This document shows positions 52,166 through 64,000 of a DNA stretch of 64,000 bases, in pieces. Source of the stretch: an uncultured delta proteobacterium (GTDB lineage Bacteria > Myxococcota > Myxococcia > Myxococcales > Myxococcaceae); assembly GCA_963776345.1 (NCBI GenBank), contig CAVZMH010000012.1:124502-188501 (forward strand), read 5' to 3'. The position numbers and the translations under genes are program-made. The notes beneath the pieces are model-generated. The model ran no database searches. It saw nothing but the letters and a program-made list of their open reading frames with translations, and had not been told where the DNA came from. Position 1 is the first letter of the stretch. Each line of letters starts with the position of its first letter.

Positions 52166-53028
52166 GCCGCGGCGGCGGCCGGGCCCGCGAGCCGCACGCT
52201 CACCTCCCACAGCCGGCGCGCCACCTCCATGTCCCGGGCCGCGGGGCTGGGGCGACTCCGGCGCTCGTCCTGGAAGTACTCGCCGCTCACCCCTTCCACC
52301 GCGGGCGAGGTGGCCAGGTACACCAGCGTCCGCGCCCCTCGCTCGGGCGAGCGGGCGAAGGCCTGGCCCCACTTCACCAGCGTGCCGAGAAGCCCGGGGT
52401 TGTTGTGCCCGAACCCGGTGCGGACGAAGCCCGGATGCATCGCGTTCACGGTGACCCCGGTGCCCTCCAGCCGACGGGCGAGCTCACGGGTGAAGAGGAT
52501 GTTCATCAGCTTCGAGCGGCCGTAAGCCAGGAAGGGGCGGTACCGCCCCCGCGCGCACATCAGGTCGTCGAAGTCGATGCCCTTCCAGCGGTGCGCGCCC
52601 GAGCTCACGTTCACGATGCGCGCCGGTGCGGAGGATTTCAGCAGGGGCAGCAGCTCCTCCGTCAGGACGAAGTAGGCCAGGTGGTTGAGCGCCAGGGTGC
52701 GCTCCAGGCCCTCCGGGGTGACCTCGCGCCGGGCGAAGAGCGCCCCGGCGTTGTTGAGGAGGACGTGCAGCCGGTGGTGCCCGGCCCGGAACTCGGCGGC
52801 GACGCGGCGGACCTCGGATACCCTGGAGAGGTCGCCCGCCAGCACTCCCACCTTCGCCCCGGGAGTCCTCGCCCGCAGCTCCGCCGCCAGCGCCTCCAGG
52901 CGGGCCCGGTCGCGGGCCACCAGGACCAGCTCCATCCCCATGGGGGCCAGCGCCGCGGCCGCCGCCCGGCCGATGCCCAGCGTGGCCCCGGTGAGCAGAC
53001 AGACCCGTGCTGCAGACTCCGCGGTCAT
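52162..53028 (-). CDS. SDR oxidoreductase (retinol dehydrogenase-like)
   Basis: TGATLGIG, LLNNAG, NHLAYF, YGRSKLMN, HPGFVRT. Confidence 0.92.
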   Translation of the reverse strand: MTAESAARVCLLTGATLGIGRAAAAALAPMGMELVLVARDRARLEALAAELRARTPGAKVGVLAGDLSRVSEVRRVAAEFRAGHHRLHVLLNNAGALFARREVTPEGLERTLALNHLAYFVLTEELLPLLKSSAPARIVNVSSGAHRWKGIDFDDLMCARGRYRPFLAYGRSKLMNILFTRELARRLEGTGVTVNAMHPGFVRTGFGHNNPGLLGTLVKWGQAFARSPERGARTLVYLATSPAVEGVSGEYFQDERRSRPSPAARDMEVARRLWEVSVRLAGPAAAAA

Positions 53029-53110
53029 GAGGGCACAGTACCAGCCACCCCGTCCGGCAGGGATGCGAGACGCTCCCTTCCCGTGTATGTGAGGCGTTCG
53101 AGCCCAGCCC

Positions 53111-54481
53111 ATGTGCGGCATCTTCGGCATCTACGGACATCCCGAGGCGTCCAACATCACCTACCTCGGGCTGCACGCGCTCCAGCACCGCGGCCAGGAG
53201 TCGGCGGGCATCGTCAGCGCCGACGGGCACGGGCTGCACGCGCGCCGGGAGATGGGCCTGGTGCAGGAGGTGTTCGGCGCCCGCGAGCTGGAGGCGCTGG
53301 CCGGCAGCTCGGCCATCGGGCACGTCCGCTACTCCACCGCGGGGGTGAGCCAGGCCAAGAACGCCCAGCCGCTCACCATGCAGTACGCCGGGGGCAAGGT
53401 CGCCGTCGCTCACAACGGCAACCTGGTCAACGCCCAGACGCTGCGCGCGCGGCTCGAGGCCGAGGGCGCCATCTTCGCCGGTGATTCGGACACCGAGGTC
53501 ATCGTCCACCTGATGGCCAGGAGCCGGGTGAAGAAGCTCGAGGACCAGATCGTCGAGGCGCTGCGCCAGGTCGTCGGCGCCTACAGCCTCATCTTCGAGA
53601 CCCCCAGCCAGCTCATCGGCGTGCGCGACCCGTACGGCTTCCGTCCGCTGGTGCTCGGCCGGCTCCGCGAGGCCTACGTGCTCGCCAGCGAGACCACCGC
53701 CCTCGACCTGGTCGAGGCCGAGTACGTCCGGGAGATCGAGCCCGGGGAGATGGTGGTCATCGACAACGCCGGCCTCCGCTCCAGCAAGCCCTTCCAGTCG
53801 GTCCGGCCGGCGCGCTGCGTGTTCGAGTTGGTGTACTTCGCCAAGCCCGACTCGGTCCTCTTCGGGAGCAGCGTGTACGAGACCCGCAAGGCGCTGGGGC
53901 GGCAGCTGGCGAAGGAGCAGCCGGCGCGCGCAGATCTGGTCATCGCGGTGCCGGACTCGGGCGTCCCGGCGGCCATCGGGTTCAGCCAGGTCTCCGGCAT
54001 CCCCTACGACGTGGGCCTCATCCGCAGCCACTACGTGGGCCGCACCTTCATCGAGCCGCAGCAGTCGATCCGCCACTTCGGGGTGAAGCTGAAGCTCTCC
54101 GCGGTGCGGGAGGTGCTGCGTGGCAAGCGGGTGGTGGTGGTGGACGACTCCATCGTCCGCGGAACCACCTCGCGGAAGATCGTGAAGATGATCAAGGCCG
54201 CCGGCGCCTCCGAGGTGCACCTGCGCATCTCCAGCCCTGCCACGCGCTGGCCCTGCTACTACGGCATCGACACGCCGGTGCGGCAGGACCTGATCGCGGC
54301 GACCCACTCCACCGAAGAGATCGCCACCTACGTCACCGCCGACAGCCTCGGGTACCTGACCGTCGAGGGGCTGGGCCAGGCGGTGGGCGACCCCGCCTGG
54401 AAGACGTACTGCAACGCCTGCTTCACGGGGAACTACCTGACCCCGCTCGAGTCGCCGCAGGCCACCCCCTCGCAGGGGTAG
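53111..54481 (+). CDS. purF: Amidophosphoribosyltransferase
   Basis: [49 protein letters not shown]. Confidence 0.97.
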   Translation: MCGIFGIYGHPEASNITYLGLHALQHRGQESAGIVSADGHGLHARREMGLVQEVFGARELEALAGSSAIGHVRYSTAGVSQAKNAQPLTMQYAGGKVAVAHNGNLVNAQTLRARLEAEGAIFAGDSDTEVIVHLMARSRVKKLEDQIVEALRQVVGAYSLIFETPSQLIGVRDPYGFRPLVLGRLREAYVLASETTALDLVEAEYVREIEPGEMVVIDNAGLRSSKPFQSVRPARCVFELVYFAKPDSVLFGSSVYETRKALGRQLAKEQPARADLVIAVPDSGVPAAIGFSQVSGIPYDVGLIRSHYVGRTFIEPQQSIRHFGVKLKLSAVREVLRGKRVVVVDDSIVRGTTSRKIVKMIKAAGASEVHLRISSPATRWPCYYGIDTPVRQDLIAATHSTEEIATYVTADSLGYLTVEGLGQAVGDPAWKTYCNACFTGNYLTPLESPQATPSQG

Positions 54482-54491
54482 GCTCCTGGCA

Positions 54492-56143
54492 GTGGCCGTG
54501 TCGGACAAGGTGACCGCTTCGGAATCCCGGCGCTCGGTCGCCGGGAGCGCCGCGGACCGGCGCCTGGCGCGCTCGGTGCTGATCGGGCTCGCGGGCGTGG
54601 CGGTCATCAGCCTGGTGGGGCCGCTGCTCACCTACCTCAACGAGGTGCGCGAGACGCAGCACCTGCTCCGCTCGCGGGTGGCCCGCGAGGCGTCGGTGTA
54701 CGCCGAGGCGCTCGGCCTCCACTTCGGGACCCTGGAGCACGAGCTCGAGCGGCTGGCCTCGCGCCCCCAGGTCGACCTGCTCGACGAGAACCTCCAGCCC
54801 GAGCGCGAGCTGCTGGAGTTCACCCACCACAACTCGCCGTTCTTCTCCGCGGTGCTGTTCCTCGACGGAGCGGGCGACCCGGTGTGGAGCGAACCGCGCG
54901 GCGTGCTGCCGGCCGGCTCACGGGCCAGGGACCGCTGGTTCCAGCGACTGTTGCGCACCGGGCGCCCGGTGGTGGACGCGCTCGAGCCGGGGAGCCGGAG
55001 CTTCGTCGTCGCCGCTCCGGTGCTGCGCGAGGGCCGCATCTCCGGCGCGGTGGTGGGCCTGGTGGACGCCTCCAAGCGGGGGCTGCCCGGAGGGCGAGCG
55101 ACCACCGAGGGCTCGACGCTGGTCGTCTCCACCGACAGCGGCGACGTGCTGCTCCCCGCCACCCCACCCGCCTGGACGTTCGCCAGCGGGTTCCCCGAGC
55201 GTCTGCGAAAGCTCGTTCGCCAGGGCCATCCGGAGACCACCCAGCTCTCCGGAACGCCCGAGTACGCGGCCGCCACCACGGTGGGGGACACCGGCCTGCG
55301 CCTGCTCCTGGTGGTCGAGGAGACGCCGATGCTCGCCCCGGTGCGCTGGCGCTTCCTCTGGCAGATGCTCCTGGTGCTGGTGGGACAGACCACCACCGTG
55401 CTGCTCTTCAGCTGGTTCCTCCGGCGCACGTACCTCCGCTACCGCGAGCTGGACGAGGCGCTGGCCCAGCGCGAGAAGCTGGCGGCGCTGGGGCAGGCCG
55501 CCTCGCTCATCGCCCACGAGGTGAAGAACTCGCTCAACGGCATGAAGGCCGCCGCCTCGATGCTCGCCATGGACGGGGACCGCACGCTGCCGGTGAAGAC
55601 GATGCGCGGGCAGATCGACCGGCTGAGCCACCTCGCGACCTCGTTGCTTCAGTTCGGCAAGCCGACCAGCGCGCAGCTCTCGCTCACCCCGGTGGGGCAG
55701 CTGGTGTCGGAGGCGGTCGAGTCCCTCCGCGCCCTGCCCGAAGCCGACGAGGTCGAGGTGGAGTCCGAGCTGGACACCTCGCTCGAGGTCCATTGCGATC
55801 CACTGCTGCTGGCCACCGCCCTGGACAACCTCCTGCGCAACGCGATGGAGGCTGCGGTGGTCGCCAAGGACCTGGGCCGGCAGGCAAATCCCCGCGTCCG
55901 CATCACCACTCGCCGCGTGGATGGTGCTGTCCGGGTCGAGGTGGAGGATAATGCAGGCGGTCCACCGCCGGGGTTCGAGGCCGGCCTGTTCCAGCCCTTC
56001 GTGACGACCAAGCCGAGGGGCATCGGGCTCGGGCTGTCCATGGCCCGTCAGGCGGTGGAACGACAGGGCGGGTCGCTGGCGTTCGAGCGAACGGCGACGG
56101 GGAGCCGCTTCACGGTGCAGCTCGGGCTGGGAACGACTCCTCC

Positions 56144-56147
<4 letters not shown>
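54492..56147 (+). CDS. Membrane sensor histidine kinase (Cache-like periplasmic domain)
   Basis: Two TM segments; AHEVKNSL H-box, NLLRNAME, EDNAGG, FQPFVTTK, GIGLGL. Confidence 0.92.
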
Positions 56148-57487
<1,340 letters not shown>

Positions 57488-57499
57488 GCGCCCGGCGGA

Positions 57500-60400
57500 T
57501 CAGCGCCGGCGAGTGACCACGGCCCGACGCCGCGAGGCCGTGAGCGAGACTCCGACCAGCACAGGACGGCGAACGTCCCGCTCGCCGTGCCCGAGGCGCT
57601 GCACCCGAGCCCGCTGGAGGACTTGCCGGAGGTCGTCAGCGCAGAGGAGCGCGCGGCGACGGCGCGGGCGCTCGGGTCGCCGAGCAGGACGAAGGTGGCG
57701 TGGAGGTCCGAGTCGGAGATGCCCGCGAGCGCGGCCTGGGTGGCCTCGCCGAGCGTCATGCCGTCGACGAGGAGGGCCTTCACCAGCGCGCGGTCGACTG
57801 CTGGGTGCTCGGACGGATAGGTCATCGCCGTGCTGCCCCATGCTCCCCACGCGCCCCCGCTCTGGGCGAGGAGCGTTGCCACGGCCAGGCTCTGCCGGCG
57901 CGGGTCCTGGAAGAACCCGGTCATGCAGGTCATGTCGACCCAGAGGGCAGTCCCGCCTCCGGCGAGGGCATCCGTGTCATCGACAGTGTGGAGATTGCCA
58001 GCCCAGAAGGTCTCGGACGCGTGACCCGCGTAGTTGACCAGCGCGGGCCCGGCACGGGCGGCGTCAAGGAACTGCTGATGGAGGACCTCATCCGGCTGTG
58101 AGCCACGAATGAGCACGGTGGCGTTCGCCTCCGGCAGCGCGGCGCGGAGGTCCGCCGTCATCTCGGGGAAGTCGCTGGTCCCGAGCTGGTCGGCGACGAG
58201 GAGCACCGACGACCGGGTGTTCGCCTCGCGGCGGCCGAGGATCTTCGCGACTACCGCCTCGGTCTCGGCGAGCGTGCGCACCGGAAGCCGTCCGATGGAC
58301 AGGGCGTCCGCGCCGGGGACGGCGAGGAACCAGCTGTCCGAGGCGGCCTCGAGCTGCTCGGTCTGGACGATGCCGCTCGGCGTCAGATCACCGCCGAGCC
58401 CGAGGTAATTTCGCGGATCGTAGCTCGCCGAACCCAGGAGGAGCACCCAGCGGGGCGAAGTCGACCAGGCCTTCAGCGACTGGGTGAGGAAAGCGCGGAT
58501 GGCGTCGGCGCTCTTCTCGCCGGAGGCGAACTCGTCCTGGACGTCCTCGATGTCCACCAGCGCGACGGTCAGGCCTTCACTGGTTCGGCGCTCCACCAGC
58601 GGTTGCACGCCGGGGAAGAGCGCCGAGGGTCCGATGATCACCAGGTCCGCGCCATCGAAAGTGTGCCAGCTGCTCGGGCGATTGGCGACGACCGAGTCCG
58701 GAGCGACGACGTCGCCGGGGAGGTACGCGAACAGCCGCCGGACGCCGCTGCCCGATGCCGCGACCGCCGCCGCGCCCGAGGCGTCCCAGGTGGCGAGCCG
58801 GACCGGAGCGTCCGGGTCGGTGATGTCCAGCACCTGGGTCAGCGCCGCTTCGAAGCCGTCGAGCCGGGCGGAGCCGCCGCCGGCCAGGGTGAACTCGAGC
58901 GGGCCCGAGCCCCGCGCCGCCATCCGGGGGTACACGAGGCGGACGTACTGCTCGAGCGAGACGTCGGACCCGGCCGGGGCCACGAGCCCGACCACGTTGT
59001 CGCCGGGCAGCAGCGCGCCGGGCGGGAGGTCGATGCGCGCCGTGCCCAGCACCTGGCCGTCGAAGGCGAGGGTGCCGACCGGCAGCCCGTTCACCGTGAG
59101 ATTCACCGCGTGCGGAGTCTGGGTCACCCCCTGGAGCGCGACCTCGAGCCGCGCACCCGCGGCGGAGACGTCGAGGCCTTCGAGCGAAAGCGTGCGCTGG
59201 CGAGCCTGCGAGTACACCGCCGGCCCGAAGAACTTCTCGGCATCCCCGTTCTGGACGGCACCGAACCAGACCAGCCGCTCGCGAATCTCCGCGGCGGCGA
59301 GGAAGGTGGCGACCCCCGCGCCGGTCGAGACCGCGGCCTGACTCGCCAGCGCGCGGCCGACACCCGGTCCCGCCCTCAACCAGTAGACCGCTGACCCGGA
59401 GTATCGGGTGTCCATGCCCTCGCCGTAGAACTCGACGGCATCGCCGGCGCTGAGCGTCGCCCCGTCGGCGGCGAGCACCGAACGGGGCACCTCGCGGCCT
59501 TGCCGGAACAGCCGGATCGCGGAGATCGGCGTGCCCACCGGCAGGCCCACGGCGAACAGGGACTCCGCGGAGACATGGACGACACCCGGGCGAGACACCA
59601 CCAGCTTCACGGTGTTCTCCGCCGCGAGCTGCCACTGCACGCCCTGGGCGACCGGCGCGCTCCGTGGCCGGAGCGGCTCGGCAGGCGAGACCTGCAGGGC
59701 GGGCTGCTCGCGGAGCACGCTCGCGGGCTGCCCGATGACCGCGGAGGCGAAGACGGGCGCCTTTCCGCCGGCCGGGGTGGCGCGGAGCCACTCGGTGGTC
59801 CCGTCGAGGCGCAGGGCCTCGACGAAGTACTGCGCCCCGAACGGCGGCCGAGCATCCAGCCACCCCAGCTCGGACCCGGCGAGGAGCGTGGCCCGGCTGC
59901 TGAGAACGGGACCGGCGACGAGATCAGGGGTCAGGAGCTCCCGGCGGCCGGCCGACTCACGCCAGACCCGAAAGCCCACCACGTCGGAGCCGGGCTCGAG
60001 CTTCCAGGAAACGGCCGCCCCAGAGCCGGAGATGCGCACCTCCGGGGCGGCCACGCCCGTGCGGGTCGGATTCGAGGCGTGGATGGGGACGGCAGCCAGC
60101 GACCAGAGGTTGGCGGTGTTGGGCGTGAGGTTCCAGGACATGGTCGTCGTGCCTGGACTGGTCACGTTGAAGGTGTCCGCCGCGCCGAACTCGGTGCTGT
60201 TCAGGGTGGCCCAGCGGACGATCGCCGACGACTGGACCGGCGTCGCGGAGGTGGCCGCGGAGTTCGACGACAGCACGGAGAACACCTTGTCACCCTGGAC
60301 GGTGGTGACGTTCACCGTGGCGAGGCCCACGGGGTTGTCCACCCCGACTGCGGCCGTCCCCACCGGGGTCGTCTGGTTCACCCCGCTGTAGGAGACCGAA

Positions 60401-61545
60401 CCCGCCACCGCGAAGCAGCTCCCCGCGTTCCAGGTGACGGTGATGGTGTTCGTGCCCCGGGCTGGCGCAACCAGACCGTAGAGGAACACCCGGGTGGTCC
60501 CGGCGTTGTCGCTCGTCAGGAGGGCCATGCCCTGCGCGCCGTAGCTCACCGCGCTCGGACCGGTGGTCGCGCCGGCGAACCCTGTCGAGATGCCGACGAC
60601 CAGGTAGCGATCGGTGGCGTTCGCGCCGACGGTGTGCTGCCAGGTCAAGCTGGCCGCGCAGGTCCCGGTCGTGGAGGCGAGGGCGTCCACCTGGACCGCC
60701 TGCACGTACACCTCGAGCTGGAGCGAGTTGCCCGACGTTTTGAGCGCGAACCCGTTGCCACTGGCCGTGGTCCCGAGCGAGACCCCGGTGGTGTCCAGCG
60801 TCCCTCCCGTCGAGGTGACGATGGTGTAGGTCCCGGGGGTGATCGTCACGCCGTTGTTCTTCGTGACGTTGATCACCCCGGACACCGTCGCGTTTCCGCT
60901 CACCGTGAGCGCGGTCACGGTGGTGGCTGCGGAGAAGTTCACGGTGAGACCACCGCCCGAGGGGACGGACAGCGAGCTCGCGCTCAGGTTGGCTCCCAGG
61001 GCCACGATGCCGGTCGAGCTGACGGTCATCGAACCGGCGTTCCCGCCTCCGCTCAGGGTGAGCGTGCCGACACCGGCGGTGGTCAAGGTGCTGGCAGTGA
61101 CCGCGCCGTTGATGGTGACACCGAACCCGGAATGGTTCAGGGTGACGGTGCCGTTCAGCGTCGTCGGGCAGGCGAGGATCTGGTTCGTCGCCGCCGCGGT
61201 GTGCGTGAGCCCGCTTGCGCTGATGGTCATCGTGGTAGCGGTACAGCTCACCGTGGTGGTCGCGGTCCCGCCGAAGGTCAGACCGAGCACGCTCGCGCTG
61301 GCCCCGCTGACGGTGATGGTTCCGGCGGTGCCGCCCGAGATCGTCGCGGTGTCGGTCGCATTGGGGACCGCGCGCGGCCTGGGACTCCAGTTGCTTGCGG
61401 TGTTCCATTCGCCCGCGTCGCGCCTGAAGGTCCGAGCCACCGCGTGGGCGCTCGGAGAGGCCAGCAGCGCAGCGAGCAAGACCAGCGGAACCCAGCGACC
61501 CAGCCGCGCCGACCCCTTGACTCTGTCTCTGCTCTCAGCGCTCAT
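57500..61545 (-). CDS. Large secreted C25 (gingipain-family) cysteine peptidase with N-terminal beta-rich passenger-like domains and a MYXO-CTERM-like anchor; frameshift near 57565
   Basis: Signal peptide; C25 motifs VDIEDVQDEF, WVLLLGSASYDPRNYLG, ASDSWF, IGRLPVRT, VNYAGH (His), MTCMTGFF (Cys), FVLLGDP; tail GLGCSAS..TFAVL/VLVGVSLTASRRR. Confidence 0.85.
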
Positions 61546-61750
61546 CGGGAGGCTCCCGCTGCGGATCATTGCATGCTTTCCGCCACCGCGAAGAAGGGCG
61601 CGTGCACTCTCGGAGCTCCGCGCACGGGGCCGGGTCCCAACACCGCGCATGGGTCTGCCGCCACCTGACGCAGCGTTGCGAGCATGGGCGAAAAGTGCAG
61701 CTGTGAGCGCCGGGAGCAGAAGGTGCGCGCCCAGCGGGTCGGCCGGTCCG

Positions 61751-62761
61751 CTAGGGGGTGTGAGGGGCGTGCGGATCGGCTGGCACCCGCGTCCGGAGTC
61801 GACGGAGCGCATGACGCGATCCGCGCCGGAGCAGCTCCAGGAGCTGCAGCGGAAGTCTCGGCACACCACGAAATGGCGCGTCGAGGTGGAGGGTCGAGGA
61901 CAGCGGGTCCGGCCAGCGGGCGCGCAAGGCGCTGGGCAGCCGGGACCACGAGATGCCCTCGAGCCGCTCCGGCGATGGGCGATAGCCGCGCGCCCAGGCC
62001 CGCCTGACCGCGCGTTCGAACCAAACCGGCACGGTCGACGCAGGCGGGGCCACGCTGGGTCGCGCCCCCAGCCACTCGCTGGCGAGCTGGACGCAGGAGA
62101 GCACCCCCTCGCTGAGATGCTCGCTGCCCGCGAGGCATGCCGACCAGGAGAAATCCGCCGGGAGCGCCTCGACCAGCACCGCGACGTCGCAGAGCCAGAG
62201 CGGCCGCCAGCAGCCGTGGTGCAACTGATGCAGGCAGACCAGCCGCAGATGGTCGGCCGGGCCGAGGACCCGGATGTGCCCTCCGGGCACCGGCACCTCC
62301 TCGGACGCCTCGAGCAAGGCCTCGACGCTGCGGTCCGGCAGGTACCGGGCCAGGTCTGCCTGCAGATCGACCTCGCTCTCCCCCTGGAGGCGGGGGAGAA
62401 CCGAGCGCGCGTGCGTGAGGTCCTCGGGTCGAACCAACAAGTCCACGTCCCCCACCGGGCGTAGGCCAGGGCGGCCGTAGAGCCGCGCGATCGCCCAGCC
62501 CTTGAACGTCGCGGCACGAATCCCGTGCGCGTCGAACGCTGAGAAGAGCGAGACGAGCCACCGCTCCCGGCGCAGGAGCTCGAGGCTCTGGAACCTCTCG
62601 GTCTCGGACGGGGCGACCGTCGTGCGGCGGAGAATGAGCGCCTCCGCCCCGGTCACCTCCGCCGAAGCGACCAGCGCCGGTGGGAGGAGCAGAGGGGCGA
62701 CGGGTCCAGCCCGGAAGGTCCCGCGAAGCGCCTCCGCGAGAAGCGGAGCGCTCGCCGTCAC
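61751..62761 (-). CDS. Nucleotidyltransferase family protein (NTP_transf_5-like)
   Basis: TFKGWAIARLY..LRPVGDVDLLV, HLRLVCLH, WLCDVA; GTG start overlaps the upstream stop (GTGA). Confidence 0.85.
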   Translation of the reverse strand: MTASAPLLAEALRGTFRAGPVAPLLLPPALVASAEVTGAEALILRRTTVAPSETERFQSLELLRRERWLVSLFSAFDAHGIRAATFKGWAIARLYGRPGLRPVGDVDLLVRPEDLTHARSVLPRLQGESEVDLQADLARYLPDRSVEALLEASEEVPVPGGHIRVLGPADHLRLVCLHQLHHGCWRPLWLCDVAVLVEALPADFSWSACLAGSEHLSEGVLSCVQLASEWLGARPSVAPPASTVPVWFERAVRRAWARGYRPSPERLEGISWSRLPSALRARWPDPLSSTLHLDAPFRGVPRLPLQLLELLRRGSRHALRRLRTRVPADPHAPHTP

Positions 62762-63216
62762 TGACAGATGCCGGGCCCACCGCCAGGCTGACAGGTCAAG
62801 GGGCTGCAGCAATTGGGGGTGGTGGTGCACGCCTGCCCGAGCGTGGCGCAGGACGTTGCCGCCCGCGCCCGGGGGGCAGTGATGGCCATGATGACCGGGA
62901 TCGCCGCGAGCCCGACCTGCTTCATGAGCGTGCGACGGCTCAGCGCCGCACGGGCAGTCCCACTGCCGTCATGGATCAAAGCCGCCATCTCCAGCTCGCC
63001 GAGGGTCCAGCTGACCACGGCCTCACCGGCCGCACCCTCGCCGTAGGCCTCCGCGATCTGCCGCGCGGTCCGCGTGCCGTCACAGAGGGCCCAGACCCGC
63101 GCCGCGCGTGGGTCCAGGCAGTGCGCGCGATGGGTCCGCTCGTCGTAGACCAGGGTGTCCGGTCCGGTCGGCTGAACGAGCAGCTGGTCGGTTCGGGCCT
63201 TGGGTCGGTTCGCCAT
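62758..63216 (-). CDS. PqqD/RRE-domain protein fused to a twin-arginine-like leader and a 6-Cys peptide
   Basis: TLVYDERTHRAHCLDPRAARVWALCDGTRTARQIA..TLGELEMAALI (RRE), SRRTLMKQVGLAAIPVIMAITAPRARA, ATSCATLGQACTTTPNCCSPLTCQPGGGPGICQ. Confidence 0.82.
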   Translation of the reverse strand: MANRPKARTDQLLVQPTGPDTLVYDERTHRAHCLDPRAARVWALCDGTRTARQIAEAYGEGAAGEAVVSWTLGELEMAALIHDGSGTARAALSRRTLMKQVGLAAIPVIMAITAPRARAATSCATLGQACTTTPNCCSPLTCQPGGGPGICQ

Positions 63217-63452
63217 CGGGAGCGGTCGGAGTGCAGCTTCGGTGCCCGTATCCTCGCAGACAGCCTGACAGTCCGTCGAGAAACCGAATGGGCGATACGG
63301 GCCGGGCCGCGTCCTGCCGGGGTCGAACTTGGCCGTGGGGTTGTGGGCCCCGACGACGCCGCACTCCGACATGGCTGGAACGCGCAGCCGGTGTATGCGT
63401 CCCGCGCCGAGTCGGCGAGACTGGTCAGGTCAGGGGTGACGCACGGCTCCGC

Positions 63453-64000
63453 TCAGCGCGCGTGGCGCCGGCGGAGCGAGAGGGCCAACACCGCGAGCAC
63501 CAGCGGCGCCAGCGCTGCGAGGGGACTGCCGGGGGTACTGCACCCGCCGGCCCCGGCCTTCGGCGTGTTGACCACCGTGGCCGCCGGGCTCCGAGCCGCC
63601 ACCGCGCGCGCGCTCGGGTCGCCGAGCAGGTGGAACGTGGCGCGAACGTCCGGGTCGCTCACCGCCTGCTTCGCCTTGAGCGTGGCCTCGCCGAGCGTGA
63701 GCCCCTCGTTGAGCACCCCCGAGAGGATCGTCCTGCTCAGGAGTGCGTGCTCTGTCGGGATCGTGAACGCCGACGACGCCCACATGCCCCAGGCGCCCCC
63801 GCGGGAGCGCGCAGCAACGCCGACGCCAAGGCTCTCCGCCGATGTCGACGAAGTACCCGTTCAGGCAGGTGGCGGCGACGACCAGCCGCGGTTCGCCGTG
63901 CCGGCGAGCGCATCGCTGTCCTTGGTGGTCAGGATCCGCCCGTCCACAAGTCCTCGGCGCCGTGCCCTGGTAGTCGACCGCGACCGGTCCGCTCCGCAGC
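63453..64000 (-). CDS. C-terminal part of a second C25 peptidase with a MYXO-CTERM-like tail (runs off the window; several indels)
   Basis: Piecewise translation VDYQGHG, AATCLNGYFVD, GAWGMWASS, LTLGEAT, TFHLLGDPSARAVAARS, GGCSTPGSPLAALAPLVLAVLALSLRRR. Confidence 0.8.

Noticed and set aside
61546..62517. N-terminal 324 codons of the 1687-aa ORF
   Set aside because: It overlaps the NTase gene in another frame; the signal peptide begins after the ATG at 61545
62758..63216. PQQ biosynthesis or a canonical lasso peptide cluster
   Set aside because: No pqqA/B/C/E, lasso cyclase or B2 protease in the window; the core is Cys-rich and has no Asp/Glu for a macrolactam

Overview
High-GC window that looks myxobacterial (csgA-like gene between pdxH and hemG, MYXO-CTERM-like tails, Cys-rich lipoproteins). 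Most of it is housekeeping: kbl-tdh, purS-purQ-purL, zwf, glgA, pdxH, hemG, gluQ, miaE, GTP-PEPCK, def, an M1 aminopeptidase, purF and a sigma-54 two-component pair. Two systems stand out. (1) An HUH/Y1 REP-associated tyrosine transposase (RAYT-like) gene at 16862-17779 is flanked by, and accompanied across the window by, 11 intergenic repeat loci built on the palindrome GAGGTGTC-T-GACACCT(C/T). At most loci each half-site plus a few locus-specific flanking bases is tandemly reiterated outward and decays with distance from the core. (2) At the right end is a minus-strand cluster: C25 (gingipain-family) peptidase / RRE(PqqD) domain fused to an internal twin-arginine-like leader and a 6-Cys knottin-like core / nucleotidyltransferase / second large C25 peptidase with a MYXO-CTERM-like anchor. 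This is a candidate undescribed peptide export and maturation system. Several single-base frameshifts in conserved genes are probably sequencing or assembly indels. All calls come from motif recognition by eye; no database searches were run.
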